A stretch of DNA of 64,000 nucleotides from Syncephalis fuscata S228 (lineage: Eukaryota; Fungi; Zoopagomycota), in NCBI GenBank assembly GCA_025786725.1, contig JAHLTZ010000007.1:620001-684000 (forward strand), read 5' to 3'. The translations under genes and the position numbers were made by a program. Below are positions 27,719-40,168 of this stretch, piece by piece. The notes under the pieces were generated by a model, which was not told the DNA's origin, did not search any database, and saw nothing but the letters and a program-made list of their open reading frames with translations. How positions within the stretch are numbered: position 1 is the first letter of the stretch; each line of letters begins with the position of its first letter.

Positions 27719-29074
27719 TTATTGTTTACCGGCCGAGGTAGGTGGTTTAAACACAATCTTGCGCGTCTTCAATGGAGCCCATCGCATGCGCTTCAAGACG
27801 ACCATCAAGCCAGTCAGAATTGTAAACATCGTCACTACTTTGAAGCCAAGTCGCTTGCGTTCGTCGTGCTCGGGTTCAGAGGCCCACGACAAGAACTCAC
27901 TAACATCCTTGGCCATCTGCGATGCTGTAGCCGGTGTACCATCCTCGTATTCTACAACGCCGTCATAAAGAACACGCGCCATAGCAATTGCACCGCCAGG
28001 AAAGTATGGATTGTAATTAAGACCTTGACGGATTTCTACACCAGCTGGTGGATCACAGTAACCAGTCAATAGTGCAAAAATGTAATCCTAATAATAGCAA
28101 ATCATCAATAAATAATGACATCATTTATATTATTACTATTGATGCTACTATTGTATTAATAAAATCACTTACTGGACCACCATGACGGGCCTTGACAATC
28201 AAACTGAGATCGGGTGGCAAAGCACCGGCATTACCAGCACGAGCCGCTTCATCATTAGGATAAGGAGCGGGTAGATAGTCGGACAACTAATTATATTATT
28301 ATTATAAAGTTACAAATTATATATAATTAATAACAGCTAGTCTATCTACTTACCTTGCCAGGACGTTCAAACATTTCTCCCTGATCATCAGGTCCATCGA
28401 TGTAAGTCTCATCTTCTGCTAGTGCACGTGCCTCGTCCTTGCTATGCGTAACATTGACCAGATTACGGAAAGCAATACGGTTCATTGAGTGACATGCCGA
28501 GCAGACTTCCTTATAGACTTGATAGCCACGACGAATACTATCCATGGCAAATTAGCATATAATAATCGAGGTAAATATTAAATAAATACTTACGCGGCAT
28601 GATCAAATGTCTTGAATGGACTGTTAAATGACCATGGATAGTGTGGTGCATGCATGCCGGTATCGGCAGTCTCGGCACTTGCATGTACCTCTGACTGCGA
28701 GAGATACAAATAACCAAGAGAGCCGGTAGCAACAGCGGCTATCGATGCCTGAACAGCACGATTACCTAAGACATCCTAAATAATATAATTATTATTATTA
28801 TTATTAGAAATCAATATTATTATTAAATCATTTATTAGCCATCATTGTAATAATCAATAATTAGTTAATCGATTGATTGATTCATTAATTACCTGTGTAG
28901 TCGATTGTGTAGATACACCACGTGTCTTTTTCATTCATTAATGACCATCAAATGGATAGATAGTATTAGTAACTTATTGTCATGGCTATTGTATTGCTTG
29001 TCTCGTATTACCTGTTGAACGGCTCTACGTGCCGCAAAACGCACTGCATTCACGTTTGAGATCCGTGCAAACAT
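27719..29074 (-). CDS. CYT1: Cytochrome c1, heme protein of complex III, multi-exon
   Basis: [19 protein letters not shown] (CxxCH), [56 protein letters not shown]; presequence [19 protein letters not shown]. Confidence 0.97.
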
Positions 29075-29747
29075 AACCTAGTAAATAAAAAAGCAATAGA
29101 ACACGTCATAAATACACATTCTACCTTATAGTATGGCTTTCCCGTCCACCCATACATTTAGATTATTAAACAAGGTATATCGACGTTAAACGCAGCGTTT
29201 ACTCGTCGATATGCCGATTGATCTAATTATCTATACACTACTATCATAACAATACCATAGATGTACGTCATCTATAATAAACACTTTGATCTAGTACGCG
29301 TCTCTCTACTACAACTACCATATCCATCTATTATTCAATCATACCCACCGAGAAACCTAGTGATCAGCCAGACGAAGAGGCCACTACGTGTTCATACACA
29401 CGGAAACAAACAAGGTAAATAGCAAAGAAAAAGCGGAAATAGTGTAGAAAGAAAGAAACCACACCACTAACCACCACACAATACACTTACCCTCTTGTTG
29501 TAAAGGGGGTAAAACTATAAGTGGAAAGAGAGAACAGCGAGAACAGAGAGAGAGCAGAGAGAGAGAGAATGGCAGCGTATTGACTAGCAAACATACAGAA
29601 TGCAAACACACACACACACAGTAATTTAGATGTCATATCATTCATACGGAGAGTTACGGAAGTAGTTTTGTCACTCACAGTTTAATCTCATCGCCTTATT
29701 ATCGGCATTCTCACTTTACTTTCTATACTAAATAATACGCGCGTGAT

Positions 29748-30479
29748 ATGACGATACATTTAAGCAATATATGTCATAGCGTTCAATTTAACCATAACGC
29801 AGTGACTCATTTACTACGCACTATTATTAATAATACTCCGTACAAAGGTTGGTCTGTTTCGCTGCAACTATGCGGACTAGCCTCGATTAGACAGCTTAAT
29901 CAGCTATATCGTAACAAGAACCAAGCAACAGATGTGCTGTCATTTCCATTTCATCTCGTAAGTAGCTATTAAATAGATAAAAAGGACATGTTTATTTGCG
30001 CATCTATTGTTTGAAAAGTATAATAACGTGTAGACTTATTTACTATAAAGGCACAATCGCCTGGTGTATTACCGGCACCATTAACACCGCAGCACTGTTA
30101 TCTTGGTGACATCTACGTATCAGTACCTTATGTGCGTAAACACTGTTTATCAGAGTGGCTTGCTGCCCGTTCGAGCACACTACCGGCTAGTAGTCGTGTT
30201 ATAAACAAATGGCTTTGTTCGGCAGAAGAGATAAGTGCACTAGAAATACGTCTACGTGAATTATACGTTCATAGTATTTGTCATTTAATGGGATATGACC
30301 ATGAAACGGACGAGCAATATAGCAAAGTAAGTAATTTTTAACTAATACATTAATTAATTAATAAATTATTAATACTAATATCGTTATAGATGTTGGCCGT
30401 GGAAGATGCAATATTAGATAAATTGCCATCTGACCCACCAACTACTATTAAAAGTATATTTAAACAGCAAATACAATGA
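29748..30479 (+). CDS. YBEY: YbeY-family rRNA maturation metalloprotein (UPF0054), 3 exons
   Basis: IRQLNQLYRNKNQATDVLSFP, LGDIYVS, HSICHLMGYDH (H-x3-H-x5-H zinc motif). Confidence 0.9.
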
Positions 30480-30574
30480 TATAACTGTAATTAATAAACT
30501 ATCAATAAACAATTATTCCGTTGAAAGCAATTTATTTGTATGTGTTTGCTGGTTATTTTATTACGGAAATGATA

Positions 30575-33500
30575 CTAAAAAATGTCCTCAACATTATCCC
30601 ATTTAGGCTGTTCCCTGCATCAACTGCTTTGGCCACTTTAGCACGTATTTTCCAGTATTCATTGTTAAAGCGCCAGTATTCAGCACCAGTATCTGGTTCA
30701 ACATCATGTTCAAACCAACGTGGCTGATGTGTAGCATGCTCGTCGTCTACTTCACGTTCTCGTCGTTTGGCACGCTGTTTCTCTTCAACTCGCGTCTTTT
30801 CTTGCGATGCTAACTCCCATTCACCACGCTCCAGTGCATGTTGATCTGGTCGAATACGCGAGTCGGTGGGTACCAAATAACGACGAAGGCTATCGGGACA
30901 ATCGTTAAGACTAGCGGCAAATTCGGTCAAGTTAAAGGCCGTGGCACTTCAGGTGTTGGATTCTTGCGCCATAGAATAAAGCTACGGCCACGTGCACTGC
31001 CTGATGTCATTGAAGCTGAATCGGCATCTGCTCCTGACAAATGGAACTCGTCATCGGCCACACGACGAGCAACAAACTTATCGCTCCATTTGCCGTGTAG
31101 CTCGTAAAGCACACGTCCCTGTGTGTCTTTAAGCGATCCCTCAATAACATGCTCATCTTTACCACGCCAGCCACGCTGTTTAAAGGTAAGCATACAAGTC
31201 TCGCCCGTTAAATGATTAGTAATCGGCATATCGCCGTAATGTTCAATGGTAAGACGACCAAGAATTAGATTATTAACGGCAGTTACGCACTTTGTCCATG
31301 AATAATGTTCATCAATCCGTCCAGTATCTTCAGCGCTACTATCGATACTGTTAACATCTCCATCATCTTGACCGCCTCTGATGTGTTCCTTGGGCACTTT
31401 TAATACCAAATGCGAAACACCGGATGGATGCATTTCAAGTGTATTGCCAAGAAACTTTGAACGAACGTTAACTTCGGCAAAAAACGAATAATTAGGTGAA
31501 TCACAGTGACAAGCACTAATAGGCTAGAATGAACAAACATTAGTAACAAATAATATATATATATTATAAAGTGCCATTTAACTAAGCTATTACAATTTGT
31601 TTGCTATTTACTTACTGGATGATGACTAACTTGTTCGGAAATGTAGCGATACTTTTTGTCTGGTCTTACATACTCAAATGTCTCTCCCTAGTATATTGTT
31701 AATAGAATTAACATGTAAATATTAGTATATCCACCTATTACTACAACTAAATAAACACTTACCAACAGCGGATTAAATGGTTTAGCAATACGTCCTAATG
31801 TACTTGAATAATTACTGATGGCAAAGGCAGCTACATAAAGCATACGTTCTGCACTGCCTCGTTGTTTAACGGCCGTATCAAGCAAATCAATATACTCGAT
31901 ATCTTCACACATTCGCTGCAACATCGATGTTGGCTCGTTGAAGATAACCGGCATACTGATCTTCGTAAGATCTTTGCCAATAGAGTTCTTCAACACCGAC
32001 CATACACTGACTGCAGGCGCGGCACTATCTGGCGGTGGCAGTTCCGTACGGAAATCGGCCGCTTCACTTGGGTAGCCAAGGAACGAGAGTGAAAAGTCGG
32101 CATCAGCTTCACGCTCTTCAGTAACAATATCAACTGCGGTAGCAACTGATACTGCAGCCTCAGTCTCTGATATGCGTGATAATTCACCAACAGATAGACG
32201 TGATATCGACAAGGATCGTAGTGTCTTTGGACTTGTTACTGCAGATGCATCGGCCGATAACACCTCTTCAAATATAAATCCTTCTTCAGTTGCATCAAAA
32301 AACTCGTCTTCATCTTCAAGCTCTTCGCATTCTCGTTCAACGATTGGACCATCAATAGCGGCAGTTACTTCAAATGCACCACTTTTACGTGCCAATTGTT
32401 TGACCGAAGTAAGCGTTTCAAACATCTCCTCACGTTCAGTGGCCACTTGCTTAAGACTTGCCTCCCATAGACGCTGTCGTTCTGCTTCAGAGTCACAACG
32501 AGAACGCCAGTACACCTCTCGATCCTCGCTTATATGTCTGGCTGATTCAACAAGTCGTTGAAGTGCATCCAATGATGTTGAAAGACCTTTAGTTACAAGA
32601 TCGCAACGTCGACCAGCATCTGTATCCAGACCAACGACATTGGCTACTGTTGTTTCAATTGATTGCAGCAATTGCTTCTGAATATCAAGTTGGACGGCCG
32701 CAGCCTGGAATGCAAGAATAAGCTGATCACCATAGGGCGGATCGGTCGCTATACCCGAATTAGTGCCTGAATCGTCCGACTGTGGTGAAGCAAACAAAGA
32801 TGGTTCATTCGTCGCTGCTTCCTTCTTTGTAGACATATCAGTCTCATAAATCGATTCAGTCTCTTGTTCTGCAGCTGTATTAATGCTGCCACCACCCGTA
32901 CTGGCAATACTTGGTGTTGTTTCAATGTTGGGTGTAAGTCGCTGTGCTGCTTGTTGACGTTTACGTCCATCAGACTCAATATTGCCTAAATCAATGCCCA
33001 GACTACTTGATTGTATAGGTGCATTCAATGCAACAGCTGCATTTTGTGTCATTTGCATAGCATGTGATGGTCGAAGTGTTGCATTGACATTCGGTGCTAC
33101 ATTGCCAGTTGAAGGAGTTGCTGGTGTAGAAAGCGATTCTTGCACCCATTGCTTCGATTGAGTAAGTGCCATAATCCATCGTTTTGCTTCAACGGCATGT
33201 TCACTTCGTAAATGATAGCGAACTGATCCTTTGCCAAGAATATCAAAACGAGTTTTATCGCCTGCATCCATCCAAATCTTGGCCGTACCAATGTTGATAC
33301 TGCCGCGACAAGCATTGCCTGCATCTTCTTGGTTTTTATAATAAGATAAAATACCTGATCCACGTTGATTAGCCATTGCTCTTCTATCTAATGAATAAAA
33401 AACCAACCATTTTCAAGTACAAAATAACGTAGTTTATAGCCACTTGCAAAGTTGGTCCACTTGTAAAGGCTGCCTTGCATTTTAGGCACTTCTCCGGGTG

Positions 33501-34540
33501 TTGTTGTTAATACGGCATCATTAAATGCTAAATTATTTAAATTATTATTATAAGCATTATCGATAATATTTGCTGTTGCTAACCTTCTTTAATAACCGAT
33601 TTAATGGCCTCGGCTTTTGTTAGTTCAAGAGCTGTTTTGCCTTTTCTGTCGCGTACAAATGGATCGGCACCTTTTCGGAGTAGATAGCGAACTAAATCTG
33701 CACTGCCTGCCACTACCGCTTCGTGTAAAGCGGTACGTCCCGTCATTGGATTCTGATGATTGATATCAAGTGCACCAGCTCGTGGATCTTCAAGCAGTCG
33801 TTTCACTTGATCAAGATCGCCTTTAGATGCAAATTGGTGCACTTGTGGGCCAACTTGATTTACAATATTATTACGATACTCTAAAATATAGATAAATATG
33901 CAATTAATTAATTAACAATTTACTGCTATTTGTATCCAATGTCACTCACCAACAAGAATATCCACGATATCAGCACCACGGGCTATATCGATTGCCATTT
34001 GGTCTTCATCGTTGCGTATACTAATGTTTACATCCTTTCGCTCTAAAAGTTCACGCACAACATCAGCTCGACCAGATTTGGCTGCCAAATGAAGTGGCGT
34101 ATTGCCCTCAAGATCTCGCTGATTAACATCAAGCTGTTGGAAAGATAATAGATACGAAATTAACTCCAGCGGAACAATCTGCACTGCAATATGTAGTGGT
34201 GACTGTCGATAGTTATCATTCTGGCTGCGAATCGATGCAGCACCGCTCATGGTGGCATCGCTGTCACGAGTAGCTTGAGCGTTTATTAAACGCTTTAACA
34301 GCTCTTTGTCACCAGCATGGAGTGCTTCAACCAATTTGAAATTATATAACGCGGGATCTGCCGCATAATCAGCCGCCGATACTGATGACGATGACGTCGA
34401 TGGTAGCTGTATTGATGCACGGCGCTCTATAGCCAATACATTGTACATGTATTTACATACAAACATATATATATATATTAGCTGTCGTCATCGTTACAAG
34501 TAAAGCTAGACTTACCGGCCGGGTCGGTTGACTCTGACAT
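30575..34540 (-). CDS. Oxysterol-binding protein Osh1/Osh2 type (ankyrin, PH, FFAT, ORD)
   Basis: Ankyrin repeats (GNTPLHLAA, GRTALHEAV), PH (YKWTNFASGYKLR), EFFDA FFAT motif, KDLTKISMPVIFNEPTSMLQR, EQVSHHP, PTDSRIRPDQ; -1 shifts at ~30935 and ~30606 restore PFNLTEF and WDNVEDIF*. Confidence 0.93.
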
Positions 34541-35068
34541 GTCAATAATCTCCTGATGTCGCAATAATAATATGACGCGATGAGTAGACAATAAGGAAAA
34601 GGAGAGGTAAAGTAAGGATAGTTATCACGGCAACACTGCTGGTACTACTAATATAATATTAGGCAATGTCGAAAAAGCCCATCACAGCCAATACTGGCAC
34701 CCGTAATAATAGCGGCAATAGTAGTAAGAAACAATAGGCACCAAAGCAGCAATTGTTTATCGCAAATACTACTGTGGAACAAATACTAAATAAACGTAAA
34801 GTCTTGTGAAATGTGAATAAAATAGAAAATCGCTATTTCACTGTGTCAAGGCAGCCATAGATAATGAATTAAGAACATGTGTTGAAGCAGATGGATATGA
34901 AGATATACTGCTAACACCTGTGTCCCGTGTAACAAACGCTTAGGTGAACAATTGCCCGTATCACGCCACCGCACTCACATCTGACTATTGGTTCGGTTAT
35001 TCAACAGTAGCATTGTTAAATTAATACAAAATAAATGGATACAATAAATAATATAAAAGAAGCTACTG

Positions 35069-35704
35069 TACTTTGACTCTCACATCTTTTGTTTACTTAT
35101 TTGAACATCAATAAAAAACACTATTCAATCCCTAGTCTTTATTTATCTTATTTTACATCAATATTTGCTCAAGTAACCTCAACGGCATGGCATATCTTCT
35201 GGTTACAACTGTCGCTACAAGATTTTCCTGGTGAAAACACTCAATCTATCATCATTGCATATGGTGGAGGCCATTTGCTTCATCAATGGCCGGCAAATAA
35301 ACTGTACCTACCAAGTTGATACCAAGAATGCTCAAGACAATGGTGAACATCAGAAATGCTAGTCGTCCTACCTTCTTGTCACCATAGACGAGTATCTTAC
35401 ATCGTAAATATGTCCAAAATGCAACAGTACAAGATTGGAAAATAGGAGAAATCATTTAGACGCAAGGAAATCACACTGTACGTAGCAACAATAACAACAA
35501 CTGTGGAACGATATGAAATTGCAATCATACGGCTTTTATTAATATTCAATCAATCTTTTTACACATGGCCAACAACAACAATAATCAACCTTAAATGTTT
35601 CAATAAAATTAAATGAACGCTATAACCATGTTTGTTATGCATAGCAGCATAACTTCAATTCGAACAAGTTTTGTTTTGGGAATTCAAATGTGGGAGTCAA
35701 AGTA
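35069..35704. mobile_element. MITE-like element copy B with 17-bp terminal inverted repeats
   Basis: TACTTTGACTCTCACAT (35069-35085) vs ATGTGGGAGTCAAAGTA (35688-35704), one mismatch; right half homologous to copies A and C; no recognisable coding capacity. Confidence 0.55.
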
Positions 35705-37306
35705 AAAATAACTTGATCATGTAAATATTACGCATTCAATCCAATATTTTGTTTTATTTTAATATATAGCTATACAACTTTTATTAATGATCAATAAATA
35801 AAAACAATCTGTTTTTCTATTGTTGCAATAATGTATAATATTAGCTGCTTACTCTGATAAATAATTAAAGTAAGCCTTATAATAGTTGGCTTAGTTGGTG
35901 GTCGTGTAAATGTAAGTATATAAGAAGTTACAATGTGATTGCAAATATTTATCCGTACAAACAATCAGAATTATAAACTATAGTAACAATAATAAGTTAT
36001 TTAATTACTAAACTCATTGATTCAATTTTATTTACAACTCTCTGTTTTCTGTGCGTTATTTCGGTTTAACATTGCTGCTTCTCTAGCTGCATCAGCAACA
36101 GTTAATTTTTTAATAAACACAGTCCAGCTTAGCATAACTATAACCATTTGCTATGGTTAAACCAGTAAACCTTGAGCTGTTAATTATTTTCCATTGATTT
36201 CAGCTTTGGCTTGTTCTTCTACATTCTATCTTGCTTAACTTGTCAAAAGTGGTTTCAGAAATGTAAGCAGCACTTAGGCCTTGTATGATTACCCATTAAT
36301 AGACGATCCATAGCCATTACGTACTCGAAATTACTGTTATTTGGCTAGAATTTTCATTGTGCCTAACTAGTGTCTTCATATTGTATTGCGTGTAATTTAT
36401 CCAATGCAATCTAGTTTACAGCTGAAAAACTGATGACAAAAATGGCTTGTTGAAATACTCCATTGTTCAAAATGCCGTGATGCATTATCCTACAAACAAT
36501 ACTCATTGTATAATCAATTTTAGGCAATTTAGATCAGCCGTCATTTGAGTGATGGCAGTTGCACAACATGTAGCATGATATGCTTGGATGTGATACATTT
36601 ATAATTCAAAACAATGATTGCCCCTGTAACAATCGGCGTAGTGTTGAATGAAATGCATGCACGTACCAATCAACACACTTTATAATTTAAAAATTATAAT
36701 TGGCTTATATAGGGCAGTAAAACCTGTATAAAATACCAGTTTGATACATTAAGCTTGTTTTTGCATCATTATTGTGTGTTATTCTGTATACATACAGATA
36801 TTGAGGACCGAATCGGTAGAAATGACAGCAAAGACATCATTATTGTTTTTACAAAACCAAGCATATACTTGTTTTTACCAAATAGTTAGACCGTGTAACA
36901 AAAAAACAGGCTAATATGTTTATTTCTATCGCATATGTACTGAGTTATTAGCGTTGTTCCATTATTCATGCAAATGACTAGCATATTGGAGTAAAGACTG
37001 GGCAGGTTAAAATCAAGACTAGGGCATCCTATCACATTATGAATCTATTGGTACATGTGCACCTCAACCACTGTTTGGATTGTTTTATTGGTTCATATTA
37101 CACATCAATGGTATATATCGTATACTACAGCATACTAGCATTTCAACAAGATCATAAGTTTAAATAGCCCACAAAATATACACAACCACCAACTGCGATA
37201 TCATCATCACACTCTATTTCTTGCTATACACGCACTACCCTCCACTTTACACCAACCACACTCTACTATCTCTTTTATTTGTTTGTCTCAACAAATCAAT
37301 ATCACC

Positions 37307-37957
37307 ATGAAGCTTTCCATTCCCGTCGTTTGCACCGTCGTTGTGGCGCTTATGGCCGTTACAACCATGGTGGATGCTAAACCAGCTTTAGCTCGTCGTG
37401 GTATGTTGCAATCACAATAAATATAACAGTATTTGCTTATTAATAGTATTTTTGACCAATAATTATAATAGGCTGTAAGTTATATTGTATATCAACCAAC
37501 TATGTACTAATTATATGCCATGTACTGTGTGTATTGATAACTTAATACTAACAGGCAGTAAGTGATATTGTATATTAACTGGCTATACATTAATCATATA
37601 TCATGTGCCATGCGCATCAACAACCTAATATTATAGCTGGTAAGTTGTATTGTATATTGACTGACTGCACTAATTATGTACCATGTACTGTGTGTAACAA
37701 TGACCCAATATTAATAGCCTGTGAGTGGTATTGTATATTAGCTGACTATGAACTAATTACATACTATTTATTGCGTATCAATGACTTATTATTAATAGAT
37801 TGTAAGTGGTATTGTATATTAACCAAATATGTACTAATCACATGCTATACACCATGTATATCAATAACTTAATACTAATAGGCGGTAAGTAGCATTATGC
37901 ATTAATGGTTTATAAATTAATCATATGACAATATTTTTATTTATAGATAAACAATAA
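37307..37957 (+). CDS. Secreted peptide precursor with six 3-nt micro-exons: MKLSIPVVCTVVVALMAVTTMVDAKPALARR-GCTAYCDKQ
   Basis: Exons 37307-37400, 37472-74 (GCT), 37555-57 (GCA), 37637-39 (CTG), 37718-20 (CCT), 37799-801 (ATT), 37882-84 (GCG), 37947-57. Every micro-exon is flanked by YAG and GTRAGT; the joined tail reads GGC TGC ACT GCC TAT TGC GAT AAA CAA TAA. Signal peptide and dibasic RR present. Confidence 0.8.
37472..37884 (+). repeat. Tandem array of ~81-83-bp units (3-nt exon plus homologous intron)
   Basis: Five introns of 78-80 nt share GTRAGTnnTATTGTATATY, an internal A(C/T)TAAT and an AT-rich end in YAG. Confidence 0.9.
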
Positions 37958-39064
37958 TCAATGGTTTCAAGACATCAGCATTGGTAGGGCAATCAAACCA
38001 CTATTCCAATACACTTTAGGTATATAATCGGTGGAAATCAAAATTATTTGACAACTACGCCGTCCAGTCTATTTATATATCAAGTTTTGGCCAATGCTCC
38101 GGTTTATCCAGTCTTTAATCAATGGAATCATTATTTTATCAACAAGATTGTATCTAGTTGTTTCTATTCAACTGTGCAAACTTATAATAATAAACTTATG
38201 GTTCCATCTTAATTATATACAATCAAATTGCTATATCTATAATCATGTTTTATTTGCACTCAATAATAACAACTATTAATCAAATAATTAAATTAATAAC
38301 AAAATGTGTATAATTATATCGTGTAAGCTATAGGCATAGATTGGTATTAATAGTAGCATAGCTATTATTATCATATAGCCAAATAATAGTATACTGAATT
38401 AAAATAAAGACGCTTTTCTAATAAAACACGGCAAAAAGGCATAGGCTATTAGAGTTAACTGCCAAATAACATTAAACAACCAATAGTGCGCTTAATATTG
38501 TCGAAAAGGCTATCTTTATTTAGTTAATAAAAATATCATAAAATTTAATACAAATCAAGTGGTTTAAATGATCCGTCACAGCACCCTTTTAAGCTTCTTT
38601 TGCCATGTCCCACGACCTTTTAAATTAGAATATTAGAGCGAATTTTGTGGCATTTATGAATGGATGTTGCAAGTAGATTGTTCTAATTTATCAACGACAA
38701 ATGCTATGTTGACGGCTTTATTTTGCATATCTTTACTTTTGCTTGATAATTAGCTAAGTAATTTAAGTTGGTTGAAACAATAATACTTTTATGCAATTCA
38801 GACTTGTTTAATTGCTAAATCTGATATCTAAAACACTCTAAATAAGGCAATCTAATTTATTTGTTGGTTAAATTTTAATTTTAAAGAAATATTTATTGAG
38901 TATATTATTTTTGTTTGCATTATACTTTATTTGTTTATTTATTTTAATAGTTGCTTTATTAGTAGTTTGTATTTATTCAATAAATAAGTATTTAAATTAA
39001 AATTCGTTGCGTTTATTACAATTAACTTTTCTTATCAAGCATTTAAAACTTTTTTAAAACTCCA

Positions 39065-40030
39065 ATTTTACTTTGACTCGCATATTTTAAGTCCTCGAAG
39101 CAAAATTGGTTTCAATTGAAGTTAATGCTACTATGTAGAAAAAACATAGTCATAATGCTTTTATTTGCTTACTTTGAAATTCACGAGGTCGATTATTGTT
39201 GTTGTTGGCTATGCGTAGAAAGATTGATTAAATATTAATAGAAGTCATATGATTGCAATCCCATGTCATTATGCATTTGTTATTATTGTTACTACGTACA
39301 GTATGGATTATTGCGTCTAAATGGTCTCTTCTATTTTCTAATATTTTACTATTGCATTTTGGACATCTTTGTGATGTAAGATCAAGATTAATATAGTTAG
39401 TATAAAAGTTGTTTATTAAACAGCCATCTTCTTATAGTCAATCTGACTAAATAAATGGCATTTGAACAATTAATATCATAATGACAATATATATATTAAA
39501 GCAATAATAAAGATAACTAATTAATTACAGCATTGTATTGATAATTACACATAAATTAGTTAATGCTGGATGCAATCTTATACATGGAATAGCGACAAAT
39601 AAATGTTTAATGGTGTTTAAAAGTATTAAGAAAAAAGTATGAAATGGGTAAATAAAAAATATGGGAGTGAAAGTAGAATAGCTTCCATATATTAATTAAT
39701 AAGTAGACTTATGTAATTTAGTGTCAAACGACCAGAACTGACATCCTTTGCTTGATTGAACTACACATTTGTTATTCTGCTAAGCATGGAACTGGGTGGT
39801 GAGTTATATTAAATATCAAATTATAATGCTTTGAATACTTTACAGCAACAATAATATGGATTAACATTTATTTGCTTATTATATTTTATTATAAGTAACG
39901 TGAAATATTATTTAATATTTATTTTGATATTGAAATAGTGCTAATTAATTAATACTGATTGATTTGATTGGTTAATATGACACTGCATCAACAAATCACA
40001 CTTCTCAGTAGTAAAAACTGATCGACGGTT
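39065..40030. repeat. Dispersed repeat copy C (inverted relative to A), with a MITE-like unit at 39069-39675
   Basis: Reverse complement of 5243-6250; TIR-like TACTTTGACTCGCATAT / ATATGGGAGTGAAAGTA. Confidence 0.8.
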
Positions 40031-40168
40031 TATTTGAGTTATAAATCTTTTTGTCATCATTTAAGAATAAAGAGTCAAAATGCAATCCAATCAAATTAGA
40101 TATCCAAACAATATTGATACATATACTATATTTAAACTGTTGTTCTTTATTGATCTAAATTAGCGCTA

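Noticed and set aside
36030-36360. Coding-like fragments on the minus strand (NVEEQAKAEINGK; VADAAREAAMLNRNN)
   Set aside because: Multiple stops and no consistent exon chain; at most a decayed remnant.
37603-37872. 89-aa Cys/Tyr-rich repetitive ORF in the track
   Set aside because: It is read-through of the repeated introns; no signal peptide, and the splice signals explain the periodicity better.
37472-37884. CRISPR-like array
   Set aside because: Eukaryotic context, degenerate ~80-bp units, 3-nt variable parts flanked by splice sites, and no cas genes.
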